Virus record (IMG/VR): IMGVR_UViG_3300043399_000272
Location: 62,001 to 126,000 of that record
Strand: one strand, 5' to 3'
DNA: 64,000 bases
How positions within the stretch are numbered: the first letter of the stretch is position 1; each line of letters begins with the position of its first letter. The notes beneath the pieces were generated by a model. It did no database searches. It was not told where the DNA came from and saw only the letters and a list, made by a program, of their open reading frames with translations. The translations under genes and the position numbers were made by a program. This document shows positions 46,434 through 55,558 of the stretch, in pieces.

Positions 46434-48704
46434 ATGGCACAGGCTGATAATAAAGTTTCCGACGACTCAGGTATAGACAAAAGAAATCAATCTGCATCCA
46501 ATGATTTAGGAGAAGTAGTAGTTACGGCTTCACGTATTAAACCCCCACGACAGATTGATAGTGAGGCTGCTAATAGGAGATCATTTAACCCACTTAGAAA
46601 TTATAGTAGCGTTACGTACATCGTTAGTTTATATGCATTGCCACCAAAAGCTCTTGCTGACTTTAACAGAATGGGTAAGTGGGATACTTCTAAAATGGAA
46701 TTATTGATACAAACTGGCGGTATAAATCCTGAAAAAGGTCAAGTCAGAAACAGATTTTTTAATTATGATTTTACGATTGATGATTTAGAGATACACACTC
46801 TAATCAACACAAAAGAAACACAATACGCCTCTAATGCCATCGACTTTAAATTTAAAGTGTATGAACCATATTCTATGACTTTTGTTACACGTTTAGCTGA
46901 AGTTCAGAAACAACTTAGTGCAGAATTAGGATTGCAAATTGAACAACCAACCAAGGCGCTAGCGGCACCGTTGTTACTAGTTGTGAAATTTTACGGGTAT
47001 GATAAAGATGGTAACATAGTTAACACATCCGGAACTACATCGGCTCCACTTGCTACTAATTCTGGCAACGGTGCATTTGAAAGAGCGTTCCCAATTTTTA
47101 TAAACAAACTAACATTTAAACTAGAAAACAGAACTACAGTATACGATATCAATGCTAAAAGTGTTAATATGCAAACAGCGTTTGGTTTAAAGCGCGGTAT
47201 TATAGACGGTGATACTGATATAAACGCCGAGACGGTTGAAGATGCAGTTAAACAATTACTTGAAACTTTTAATAAAAAACAACAAGAACTTAGTTCAGGC
47301 CCAAACAGAAAACAAGAAATACCCGACGAATACAGTTATAAAATTTTGAGTCCATTGATTGCTGAAGCATTTGTTACGGATCAAGGAGAAGTTAAATCAA
47401 GAACTGGTATGCTACCTGTAAAAAGTTCCGTAGACTCAAATGTTAAAAACAGTGCTAAATCATATCCTGTTAATCGTGCTAAACGAAACATACACTTTGC
47501 CTCCGGTACACCTATATTAAAAGCGTTAGATGCGATTATTGCACAAAGTACTTTTATTGGGGATAGTTTAGTTGTGATTGACGAAGAAGCAGATCCTGCA
47601 CAAGAAGGTGACAAAACTGCGTATACCAATCCTAATCCAAAACAACTATACTGGTATAACATCACACCTCAAGTTATTATGAAGGAACAACATGATAACA
47701 TCAGAAATGATTACGCATACAAAGTTGAGTACATTATCCAACCATATAGAATCCCATATGTAAAAACAGTCAGTGCAAATAATTTCACAAGTTATCCAGG
47801 ACCACACAAAGAATATAATTATTTCTACACAGGAGAAAACACTGAAATTATAAACTATGAGCAACAGTATAATTTGTTATATTATTTGGCTGCAAGTAGT
47901 ACAACTGATGCTCCTATAAAAAATAATGATCCTGCAGTTAGCTCTGCTGCTAAACCAGTAACCGGTGCATCTCCGTTAGCTAAAGAATCTAATAAGAATG
48001 AAGTTGTAGGTAATATTATGACCTTCTTGTACAGCCCAGGAGATCAGATAAAAGCACAAATAAGAATTTTAGGTGACCCTGATTATTTGATGCCATCTAT
48101 TGCTACGCCCTCTATTATCACTGAAGCTGACAGATTTTACGGACCCGATTTCACAATCAATCCTAATTCAGGGCAAGTTTTTATAGAGATCGAATTTAAT
48201 CAAGTGGAAGATTACGGGTCTATTCCTGATGGTAGATTAGGTAGAGAAAAAATTAATGATGGATTATTGAATCCAAACGGTGATATACAGTTTTGGGATT
48301 ATCCCAGAGATGTTAAATCACTGGCTCAAAATAAAGTAATTTATATTGTTACTCAAGTAATTAGTAAATTTAGTAGGGGCACTTTCACACAGGATTTAAA
48401 AACTATTTTACCTAGTTTCCCGTCACTCAATTCTAGTCCCAATAAAGTTGATACCCAACGAGAAGTGACTGCGAGTGCCACCGCTAGACCTATAACCAGT
48501 GCAGAATTTCAAAGAACTGATAAAGATACTAGACCTGTACCATTACCCGGCAAATTATTAAGTGGTAAACCTAATTTAGCTCCGGCATCTCCCGATGACC
48601 CTGGGCAGAGAAGGCTAGTGGATATAGTAAATAACGAGGGAAGACCTGTATTGTTTAACCCAAATGATGTGGACCCGAGAACGTTGTTACCGAGAAGAAG
48701 ATAA
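46434..48704 (+). CDS. baseplate hub-like protein (gp27-like position)
   Basis: Located between gp53-like and gp5-like genes; QIRILGDP and VISKFSRGTFTQDL resemble hub C-termini. Confidence 0.55.
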   Translation: MAQADNKVSDDSGIDKRNQSASNDLGEVVVTASRIKPPRQIDSEAANRRSFNPLRNYSSVTYIVSLYALPPKALADFNRMGKWDTSKMELLIQTGGINPEKGQVRNRFFNYDFTIDDLEIHTLINTKETQYASNAIDFKFKVYEPYSMTFVTRLAEVQKQLSAELGLQIEQPTKALAAPLLLVVKFYGYDKDGNIVNTSGTTSAPLATNSGNGAFERAFPIFINKLTFKLENRTTVYDINAKSVNMQTAFGLKRGIIDGDTDINAETVEDAVKQLLETFNKKQQELSSGPNRKQEIPDEYSYKILSPLIAEAFVTDQGEVKSRTGMLPVKSSVDSNVKNSAKSYPVNRAKRNIHFASGTPILKALDAIIAQSTFIGDSLVVIDEEADPAQEGDKTAYTNPNPKQLYWYNITPQVIMKEQHDNIRNDYAYKVEYIIQPYRIPYVKTVSANNFTSYPGPHKEYNYFYTGENTEIINYEQQYNLLYYLAASSTTDAPIKNNDPAVSSAAKPVTGASPLAKESNKNEVVGNIMTFLYSPGDQIKAQIRILGDPDYLMPSIATPSIITEADRFYGPDFTINPNSGQVFIEIEFNQVEDYGSIPDGRLGREKINDGLLNPNGDIQFWDYPRDVKSLAQNKVIYIVTQVISKFSRGTFTQDLKTILPSFPSLNSSPNKVDTQREVTASATARPITSAEFQRTDKDTRPVPLPGKLLSGKPNLAPASPDDPGQRRLVDIVNNEGRPVLFNPNDVDPRTLLPRRR

Positions 48705-48718
48705 ACTGAGTAGATACA

Positions 48719-51661
48719 ATGAGTGAAGACTATATTAATCAAAGTGGAAAAGTAAAAACTTATGCAGATGACCGCGGTGGTTCGACTCTGTATTCCAATC
48801 CTATAATAGGCATAGTTAAAAACAATATTGACTTATTGAAGTCAGGTAAGATTCAAGTTTATCTAAAACGTCAAAACTTACCCAATCAAGACAATCCGTC
48901 GTATTGGACTACTGTTAGCTACATGAGCCCTTTCTTTGGATATACCCCAAATACAGGTAGTCCTAATGCGCCAGGTGATTACGTAGGCAACCCGAACAGT
49001 TATGGCTTTTGGGCCACCCCGCCTGATATTGGAACTGAAGTTGTATGTATTTTTATTAACGGTGACCCTAACTTTGGTTATTATATCGGGTGCATTCCGC
49101 AACCTGCATTAACTCATATGGTTCCTGCTACTGCTCCCGGAAGTAAAAATGTCATACCCAATGAAGGCGAATCAGTGGGTTACGGTGGCGCCAGTGTATT
49201 ACCAGTAACTGAGTTTAATAACGCAAATGCAGAACAAGACAACAGTCCGGTAGTAACACAATCGCCTAGACCAATACACAGTTACCAAGCAGCTATATTA
49301 AATGCGCAGGGCTTAATTCGTGACACTGATCGAGGAGTAATCAGTAGTTCTAGCATGAGAGAAAGTCCAAGTAGAGTTTTTGGTATGAGCACTCCAGGAA
49401 GACCCATTTATGAAGGTGGTTATTCTGACGAAACTATTTCTAATGCTGTTTCCGCAGAAGGTCAAGCACAAAATTATAAAGTAATAGGTAGACGAGGCGG
49501 CCATAGTATTGTTTTAGATGATGGTGATTTAGAAGGAAGAGATCAGTTAACAAGGATAAGAACAGCGGGCGGTCATATGATAATGATGAACGATTATGCA
49601 CAAACGTTGTTCATCATTCATGCTAACGGTTCTAGCTATATTGAATTAGGTAAAGAGGGTACGATTGACATGTACTCAACTAACTCAGTTAATATTCGCA
49701 CACAAGGTGACTTGAACCTACATGCAGACAACAATATCAATATCAACGCAGCAAAAGATTTAAACATATCTGGAAAGAACGTTCATATTGAAAGTTTAGA
49801 AGAAACAACACAATATGTGGGTAAAGATTTTAAACAAAACACTCAAGGTAATCATGGAGTTAAAGTTGACGGCAAAATGTCATTTGCTAGCGCAGGCGAT
49901 AGCATGATTAAGAGTGGTGGTTCAAACTATTTAAAAGGTGGCCCGAACATTTATCTCAATACAGGGGAAAGCTCACTGCAACCCGAAAAAGTAAAACAGC
50001 TTCCGATAGTAGCTCATACCGACACACTACGAGATCAAGAAAAGGGATATATACCCGCACCTGGTAAATTACCAAGTATTGTGACGAGAGCTCCTGCACA
50101 TATGCCATGGTTAAATGCAAATCAGGGTGTAGATGTTAAAACTAATTTAAGTGCAGATGCAAATTTACCCGCAGCTCCATCTAGAAATCTACAACAGACA
50201 AATAATTCTGTTAGTACAACTAACATCACACCTACAACCCCTGCACTAACAGCAACTGTACCACAAAGTGTTAACTCTGATAGTGAGAGTGGAACAAGTG
50301 CGTTAGTTTCTCAAGCTGCTGTAGCTGCATCTGTGGGACCGGCTGCTACAGCAGTCGCTTCAGGAGCAGGCATTGTGTCAGTAAATGGCATTAATACTGC
50401 ATCTATAGGTTCTTTGGGTTTGAATCCAGCCCAACTAGAAAAAGCAGGCATAATCAAAGCAGGAAGTTCTGTTGCAGTAAATGCGTTGATTCAACAAGGT
50501 AAACCGTTATCAGCAGCTTTACCAAACAATGTGTTTACTGGTAAGGATGGCATCAGAACATTAAGTCAATTTGTTGGTAGTTCAGATGCACAAGCAAAAA
50601 CTATGGAATCGTTGTTAGACCAGGGAAAAACTGACTTAGTTAATGCTAACTTAATTTCCGGAAAAGAAAGTTTAACACAAACAGGCGGAGTTATTTTAGC
50701 CTCTGCAATGAAAGGTACTGCAGCAGTAGCAGAGTTTATGAAACAAACATCATCTGGTGCAGTTAATGTTCCAAATGTGACGACAGCCGCAGCTAATTTA
50801 AACAATACAATAAGCGGGTCGATAGAATCGTTAGTCAAGTCCGGTAACTTTGCAGCAAATCTATCTGATAAAGCAACCGGAACTTTAGGTGGTGTTGATG
50901 TAGGTGATAGCCTTAAAGGCGCCGCTGCAGGAGCATTTGCGAAAATTAAAGACACTTATAAAAACCTCAAAGCAAATGTACCTCAAATACTTTCAGGTCC
51001 TGCTACTTCGTCTGATGTTGCACAAGAATCTGATTCTAGGCTTCCGATACCCGGCGGTGAAGGTGCAGTTTCTAATATAGTAAAAGCAGGCGGGGAAAGC
51101 ATTTCAGGTGCGTTGGGTTCTAAGACTCTTTCTGACAGTATTAAGAATATTGCTTCAGGCATCAGCGCAGGACTCAATGGAATAAAATCTAAACTAACAG
51201 CAATTACGCCATCATTAACTAGTAAAGGAGATCTTACTAGTTCAGTAACTTCGGGGCTACCTAAGAATATTTCTTCTGATTTACAGGGTGCAATTGCTTC
51301 TTTAGGCTCAGGTGGAAATATTAAAGCACCTACTGTTGCGTTAGATACAAATGATATCGGTGGCCTAATAGAGCAAAGTAAAAATCTATTAGGAAATCCA
51401 AAGATTCCACCGTTGAACTTCGGTAAATCAAGTGTAGTGAGTGCAAACAGTGCTACCGCACAAGAATATGATACTTTAAGTAGACAATTGGCTGAGTTAG
51501 ACGATGCTAAATTTGATGAAAGAAGAAAATATCTAGATGCAATTCGAGAATTTGGCAAAGACGCTGGAGAAACACTGACAGCAAAGGCCACTTACGAAAA
51601 TACGCTAAAAGAAATAGAAATTTTACGTGAGAAGTTGGCTACATTAGCAACAAGTAGCTAA
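48719..51661 (+). CDS. gp5: central spike protein (gp5/VgrG-like) with a long low-complexity C-terminal extension
   Basis: GIVKNNID...G.IQVY, PPDIGTEVVC.F (OB fold); GGHSIVLDD, RIRTAGGH.I.M.D, IELGKEG.ID beta-helix entry; no lysozyme motif recognised. Confidence 0.75.
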   Translation: MSEDYINQSGKVKTYADDRGGSTLYSNPIIGIVKNNIDLLKSGKIQVYLKRQNLPNQDNPSYWTTVSYMSPFFGYTPNTGSPNAPGDYVGNPNSYGFWATPPDIGTEVVCIFINGDPNFGYYIGCIPQPALTHMVPATAPGSKNVIPNEGESVGYGGASVLPVTEFNNANAEQDNSPVVTQSPRPIHSYQAAILNAQGLIRDTDRGVISSSSMRESPSRVFGMSTPGRPIYEGGYSDETISNAVSAEGQAQNYKVIGRRGGHSIVLDDGDLEGRDQLTRIRTAGGHMIMMNDYAQTLFIIHANGSSYIELGKEGTIDMYSTNSVNIRTQGDLNLHADNNININAAKDLNISGKNVHIESLEETTQYVGKDFKQNTQGNHGVKVDGKMSFASAGDSMIKSGGSNYLKGGPNIYLNTGESSLQPEKVKQLPIVAHTDTLRDQEKGYIPAPGKLPSIVTRAPAHMPWLNANQGVDVKTNLSADANLPAAPSRNLQQTNNSVSTTNITPTTPALTATVPQSVNSDSESGTSALVSQAAVAASVGPAATAVASGAGIVSVNGINTASIGSLGLNPAQLEKAGIIKAGSSVAVNALIQQGKPLSAALPNNVFTGKDGIRTLSQFVGSSDAQAKTMESLLDQGKTDLVNANLISGKESLTQTGGVILASAMKGTAAVAEFMKQTSSGAVNVPNVTTAAANLNNTISGSIESLVKSGNFAANLSDKATGTLGGVDVGDSLKGAAAGAFAKIKDTYKNLKANVPQILSGPATSSDVAQESDSRLPIPGGEGAVSNIVKAGGESISGALGSKTLSDSIKNIASGISAGLNGIKSKLTAITPSLTSKGDLTSSVTSGLPKNISSDLQGAIASLGSGGNIKAPTVALDTNDIGGLIEQSKNLLGNPKIPPLNFGKSSVVSANSATAQEYDTLSRQLAELDDAKFDERRKYLDAIREFGKDAGETLTAKATYENTLKEIEILREKLATLATSS

Positions 51662-51664
51662 ATA
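51658..51664 (+). promoter_or_regulatory. late promoter-like motif (CTAAATA)
   Basis: Overlaps the gp5 stop; AGGTG SD and ATG 51680 follow. Confidence 0.5.
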
Positions 51665-51679
51665 TTATTAGGTGAACTT

Positions 51680-52129
51680 ATGGCAAAATATATTGGTTTT
51701 AGTACACAAGGGTTAGATGAAGTACGTAGGACTCAGACTACCTCGGGTGTTGATGGCGGAGCAGGTTCTATCACAAATCCTGTAAATCCTACGAGAAAGT
51801 TCAGATTACTAGACCAAGAACTAGTTATACGTGACCTTCTAAATGCATTGAACACCCCACAAGGGCAGTTACCTGGAAAACCTGAATATGGTACTAACAT
51901 TTGGAACTTTATATTCGAACCAAACGTTTTTGACGTTCAAACACAATTAGAAGAAGAACTCAAAAGAGTAATAAGTTTAGATCCTAGATTGATATTAAAC
52001 TATGTCACTTGTTACCCTACAGAAAATGGAATTCTAATCGAATTAGAAATTGCTGTGTCATTGTTCAACGATCCTATACAACTTTCAATACTGTTTGATA
52101 AGACAACTTCAACCGCACTCTCATCTTAA
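51680..52129 (+). CDS. gp25: baseplate wedge subunit (gp25-like)
   Basis: DLLNALNTPQGQLPGKPEYGTNIWNFIFEP...DPR. Confidence 0.85.
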   Translation: MAKYIGFSTQGLDEVRRTQTTSGVDGGAGSITNPVNPTRKFRLLDQELVIRDLLNALNTPQGQLPGKPEYGTNIWNFIFEPNVFDVQTQLEEELKRVISLDPRLILNYVTCYPTENGILIELEIAVSLFNDPIQLSILFDKTTSTALSS

Positions 52130-52148
52130 AAACACGGTTTTTTCTTGT

Positions 52149-52156
52149 GATAAATA
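52149..52156 (+). promoter_or_regulatory. late promoter-like motif (GATAAATA)
   Basis: Preceded by AAAAAC-N3-GTTTTT; ATG 52177 downstream. Confidence 0.65.
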
Positions 52157-52176
52157 CATTATTGAGAGATAATAGT

Positions 52177-55100
52177 ATGGCCACAAGTTCAAGACAAACA
52201 AATATTTTTGGTGTAAACGATTGGAAAACAATCTACAAAAACTATAGTCAAGCTGACTTTCAGAGTTATGATTTTGAAACTATCAGAAAAACTTTTGTAG
52301 ATTACCTTCGAACCTACTATCCAGAAACGTTTAACGATTATATCGAGTCTAGCGAATATGTAGCACTCTTAGACGTAATTGCCTATATGGGGCAAGCGTT
52401 AGCGTTCCGCGGAGACTTAAACACCCGTGAAAATTTCATCGATACTGCTGAGCGTAGAGATTCTGTTATCAAGTTAGCTAATTTAGTTGGTTATACCCCT
52501 AAAAGAAATATTGCAGGCCAAGGATATTTGAAAGTATCTAGCATCTCTACAACTGAACAAATTAGAGACATTAACAATCTCAATTTAAGTAATCTTACTA
52601 TTCTCTGGAATGATCCTGCAAATCCAAATTGGCAACAGCAATTCAACACCATTATTAATGCAGCATTAATCGACTCTCAAAAATTCGGTAGTCCCGGCAA
52701 CACTAAGACAGTATTAGGTGTAAAGACTGACGAATATAGCATTGCTTTACCTGCAGGAGCTTCTCCTACAGTTCCATTTACTGCGACTGTTGACAATATT
52801 CCCATGTCATTTGAGGGAGTCAGTGTAACTACGGTTGACAGCGAAGATGTTCGTGAAGTAAGTCCAGGTATCGCTACTACGTTTAATTTATTATATAGAA
52901 ATGATAAGTTGGGGTTTGGAAGTCCAAATACAGGATTTTTTATGTACTTTAAACAAGGTACATTACAAACTTTTGATTTCTTACTAGAAGAACAAATATC
53001 AAATCAATCGGTCGCTATCAATATTGAAGGTATCAACAACACAGATACTTGGTTATATCAAACTAATAGCACAACCGGTGAGTTTATTGAATGGATAAAA
53101 GTTGACAGTGTTTATGCTAGCTCTAACTTACAAAGACTAACATCAAACAAAAAATTATTCAGCGTCAATTCAAGATCCAACGATCAAGTAAGTTATATTT
53201 TTGGTGACGGTGTTTTTAGTGAAATTCCTGTAGGAAGCTTCACATCGTATGTACGCTCTAGTAACGGGCTATCATATGTAATTGACCCTAGTGAATTCCA
53301 AAATCTAATAGTTAATCTAAACTATGTTAGCAGAAGAGGCAGAGTAGAAACATTAACTATGGCATTAACACTAGAATTACCTGTTTCAACAGCACAGGCA
53401 CGAGAAAGTTTAGCTGATATTAAACTTCGTGCTCCGCAAAGATATTACACACAAAACAGAATGGTCAACGGTGAAGACTATAATAACTTCCCGTTTACTT
53501 TGTATAGTTCTATTATAAAATCTAAAGCAATAAATCGCACTAGTATAGGAGTAAGTCGCAATTATGATTTACTTGATCCCAGCGGAAAGTATTCTAGTAC
53601 AAATGATTTTGCAGACGATGGTGCCTTATACCAAGAGTTGAATGATGGTTTCACGTTTTTTGTAGCAAATACGACAAATGATATTATTAACTTTTTAAGT
53701 GAATATCTACCAAACGTGTTGGGCGACAACCGCTCATATCAATACTATACTCAATTTTATTCTAGAAAATTAATAAATGACGCAAGCGGCGACGGCACAA
53801 TCACGTGGAATCAATCTACGAATGACGGTGGACAAAGTACTGGTTATTTTTATAACACATCAAACATTCCAGTAAACATTGGTATTTATGGTTCTAATAA
53901 CTTGAGATATGTAACAGTTGGTTCTATGATTTCGTTTACAGCGCCACCTGGGTATTACTTTGATCCAGTTGATAATCGTCTTATTGCAGGCTTACCTACA
54001 TCTAGTGATGTAACATCAATATGGACAACTGTGTCTGAAGTTATAGGCGATGGGTCTAATTCAGGTGAGGGCAATTTAAGTAACGACTCTGGTCCTGTTA
54101 TTTTAAACAATACTATACCTGACGGTGCAATTCTAACCGTAGTGATTCCTAGTTTTAGTAATACTCTAAGCAACGCATTAGTACAAGAATGCACAACTAA
54201 AATAAGACTAAATCAAAATTTCTCTTTGGTCTACAATAATTCTTTACTGATTAATCAAGAACGTTGGTCAACCAGTTCGTATTCTGATCTACAATATTTT
54301 GTAAAATTTCAAAGTGTAGGCATAGGCAGGTACTTAGTATCTTGGAGAAAGCTAACATATTACTTTGGTAGTGTAAGTGACGTTAGATTCTCATTTGATA
54401 GAGACAAAATCATTTATGATCCAGCATCCGGTAAGTTGATGCAAGATTATATTTCTGTATTGAAATCAAACTCACAACCTTCTAGTAATAGTCCATTGCC
54501 TAAAGACTTTAGGCTAAGTGTAGTTGGGCAGCTATTAGAATCTGATGGATATGTTGATGACTATTCTGTTGAGGTAAGTAATGGATACATAACCGATGTA
54601 GGAACTTTCAAAGATCCTGATTTCTTTTTAAATTTAGTTGGTTATGTAAACAATACTCGAAACACCAAATATTTTACTTTCTTTAGAAAATTAACAGACG
54701 CTAATTTATTGACTCGTTTCGAAATTGTTCCTACGAATGACATTGTGTATGGATACGGGACTCAAGCAGATATTGCGTTAGTAAAATACGAATATAGAGT
54801 AGGTCAGGTATTTTATGCAGTGCTTGAAAATAATTTCTATAGATCAGTTAATGATGCTACATCTGCAAATATAGTAAATTTAGAATTGTTAAATAACTAT
54901 GTAGCTAGAACAGGTAGACAAGGGTTCTATTTCCAGTACAAACATATTTCAAGCGAAACAACTCGTATTGATCCTGGAACTACAAACATTATTGATTTAT
55001 ATATTTTGACATCTGCATATTATACTCAATATACTAACTGGTTACGTGACGCAACCGGTACAGTTGCGGAACCTGCAAAACCAACTATTAATGAATTAAC

Positions 55101-55542
55101 GCAAACATATTATAAAGTCAATGAGTATAAAATGTTGAGCGATAGTTTAGTTGTCAATAGCGCAAAGTTCAAACCGTTATTTGGTGATAAAGCGCCACCT
55201 GAGCTACAAGCAACGATTAAGGTAATCAAATCAAGTACTACCACTGCTAGCGACAATGAAATACGTAGCGCAGTGTTAACAGAAATTAACAATTACTTTA
55301 GTATAGATAATTGGGATTTTGGTGACACGTTCTATTTTAGTGAATTAGCAGCATATCTTCACAATCAAATCGGAGATTTGATTAGCTCTGCTGTTTTAGT
55401 ACCCAACGATCCTCAACTATCTTTCGGTGATTTATACGAAATACATTCTACCCCTTATGAAATTTTTGCAAGTGCAGCACAAGGGTCAGACATTGTAGTA
55501 ATCGCAGCATTGACTCCCGCAGAGTTACAACCAAACAGTTAA
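52177..55542 (+). CDS. gp6: baseplate wedge protein (gp6-like), extended
   Basis: DFETIRKTFVDYLR, FNDY.ESSE, DTAERRDSV.KLA..VGY.P, QNRMV..EDY. Confidence 0.85.
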   Translation: MATSSRQTNIFGVNDWKTIYKNYSQADFQSYDFETIRKTFVDYLRTYYPETFNDYIESSEYVALLDVIAYMGQALAFRGDLNTRENFIDTAERRDSVIKLANLVGYTPKRNIAGQGYLKVSSISTTEQIRDINNLNLSNLTILWNDPANPNWQQQFNTIINAALIDSQKFGSPGNTKTVLGVKTDEYSIALPAGASPTVPFTATVDNIPMSFEGVSVTTVDSEDVREVSPGIATTFNLLYRNDKLGFGSPNTGFFMYFKQGTLQTFDFLLEEQISNQSVAINIEGINNTDTWLYQTNSTTGEFIEWIKVDSVYASSNLQRLTSNKKLFSVNSRSNDQVSYIFGDGVFSEIPVGSFTSYVRSSNGLSYVIDPSEFQNLIVNLNYVSRRGRVETLTMALTLELPVSTAQARESLADIKLRAPQRYYTQNRMVNGEDYNNFPFTLYSSIIKSKAINRTSIGVSRNYDLLDPSGKYSSTNDFADDGALYQELNDGFTFFVANTTNDIINFLSEYLPNVLGDNRSYQYYTQFYSRKLINDASGDGTITWNQSTNDGGQSTGYFYNTSNIPVNIGIYGSNNLRYVTVGSMISFTAPPGYYFDPVDNRLIAGLPTSSDVTSIWTTVSEVIGDGSNSGEGNLSNDSGPVILNNTIPDGAILTVVIPSFSNTLSNALVQECTTKIRLNQNFSLVYNNSLLINQERWSTSSYSDLQYFVKFQSVGIGRYLVSWRKLTYYFGSVSDVRFSFDRDKIIYDPASGKLMQDYISVLKSNSQPSSNSPLPKDFRLSVVGQLLESDGYVDDYSVEVSNGYITDVGTFKDPDFFLNLVGYVNNTRNTKYFTFFRKLTDANLLTRFEIVPTNDIVYGYGTQADIALVKYEYRVGQVFYAVLENNFYRSVNDATSANIVNLELLNNYVARTGRQGFYFQYKHISSETTRIDPGTTNIIDLYILTSAYYTQYTNWLRDATGTVAEPAKPTINELTQTYYKVNEYKMLSDSLVVNSAKFKPLFGDKAPPELQATIKVIKSSTTTASDNEIRSAVLTEINNYFSIDNWDFGDTFYFSELAAYLHNQIGDLISSAVLVPNDPQLSFGDLYEIHSTPYEIFASAAQGSDIVVIAALTPAELQPNS

Positions 55543-55558
55543 ATTATAGGCATAACAA

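Noticed and set aside
9904-51591. Numerous antisense or alternate-frame ORFs in the track (e.g. 9904..10218, 13851..14153, 20952..21410, 23351..23842, 28853..29272, 36062..36925, 50983..51591)
   Set aside because: They are shadows of well-supported genes with biased codon usage; no motifs or translation signals
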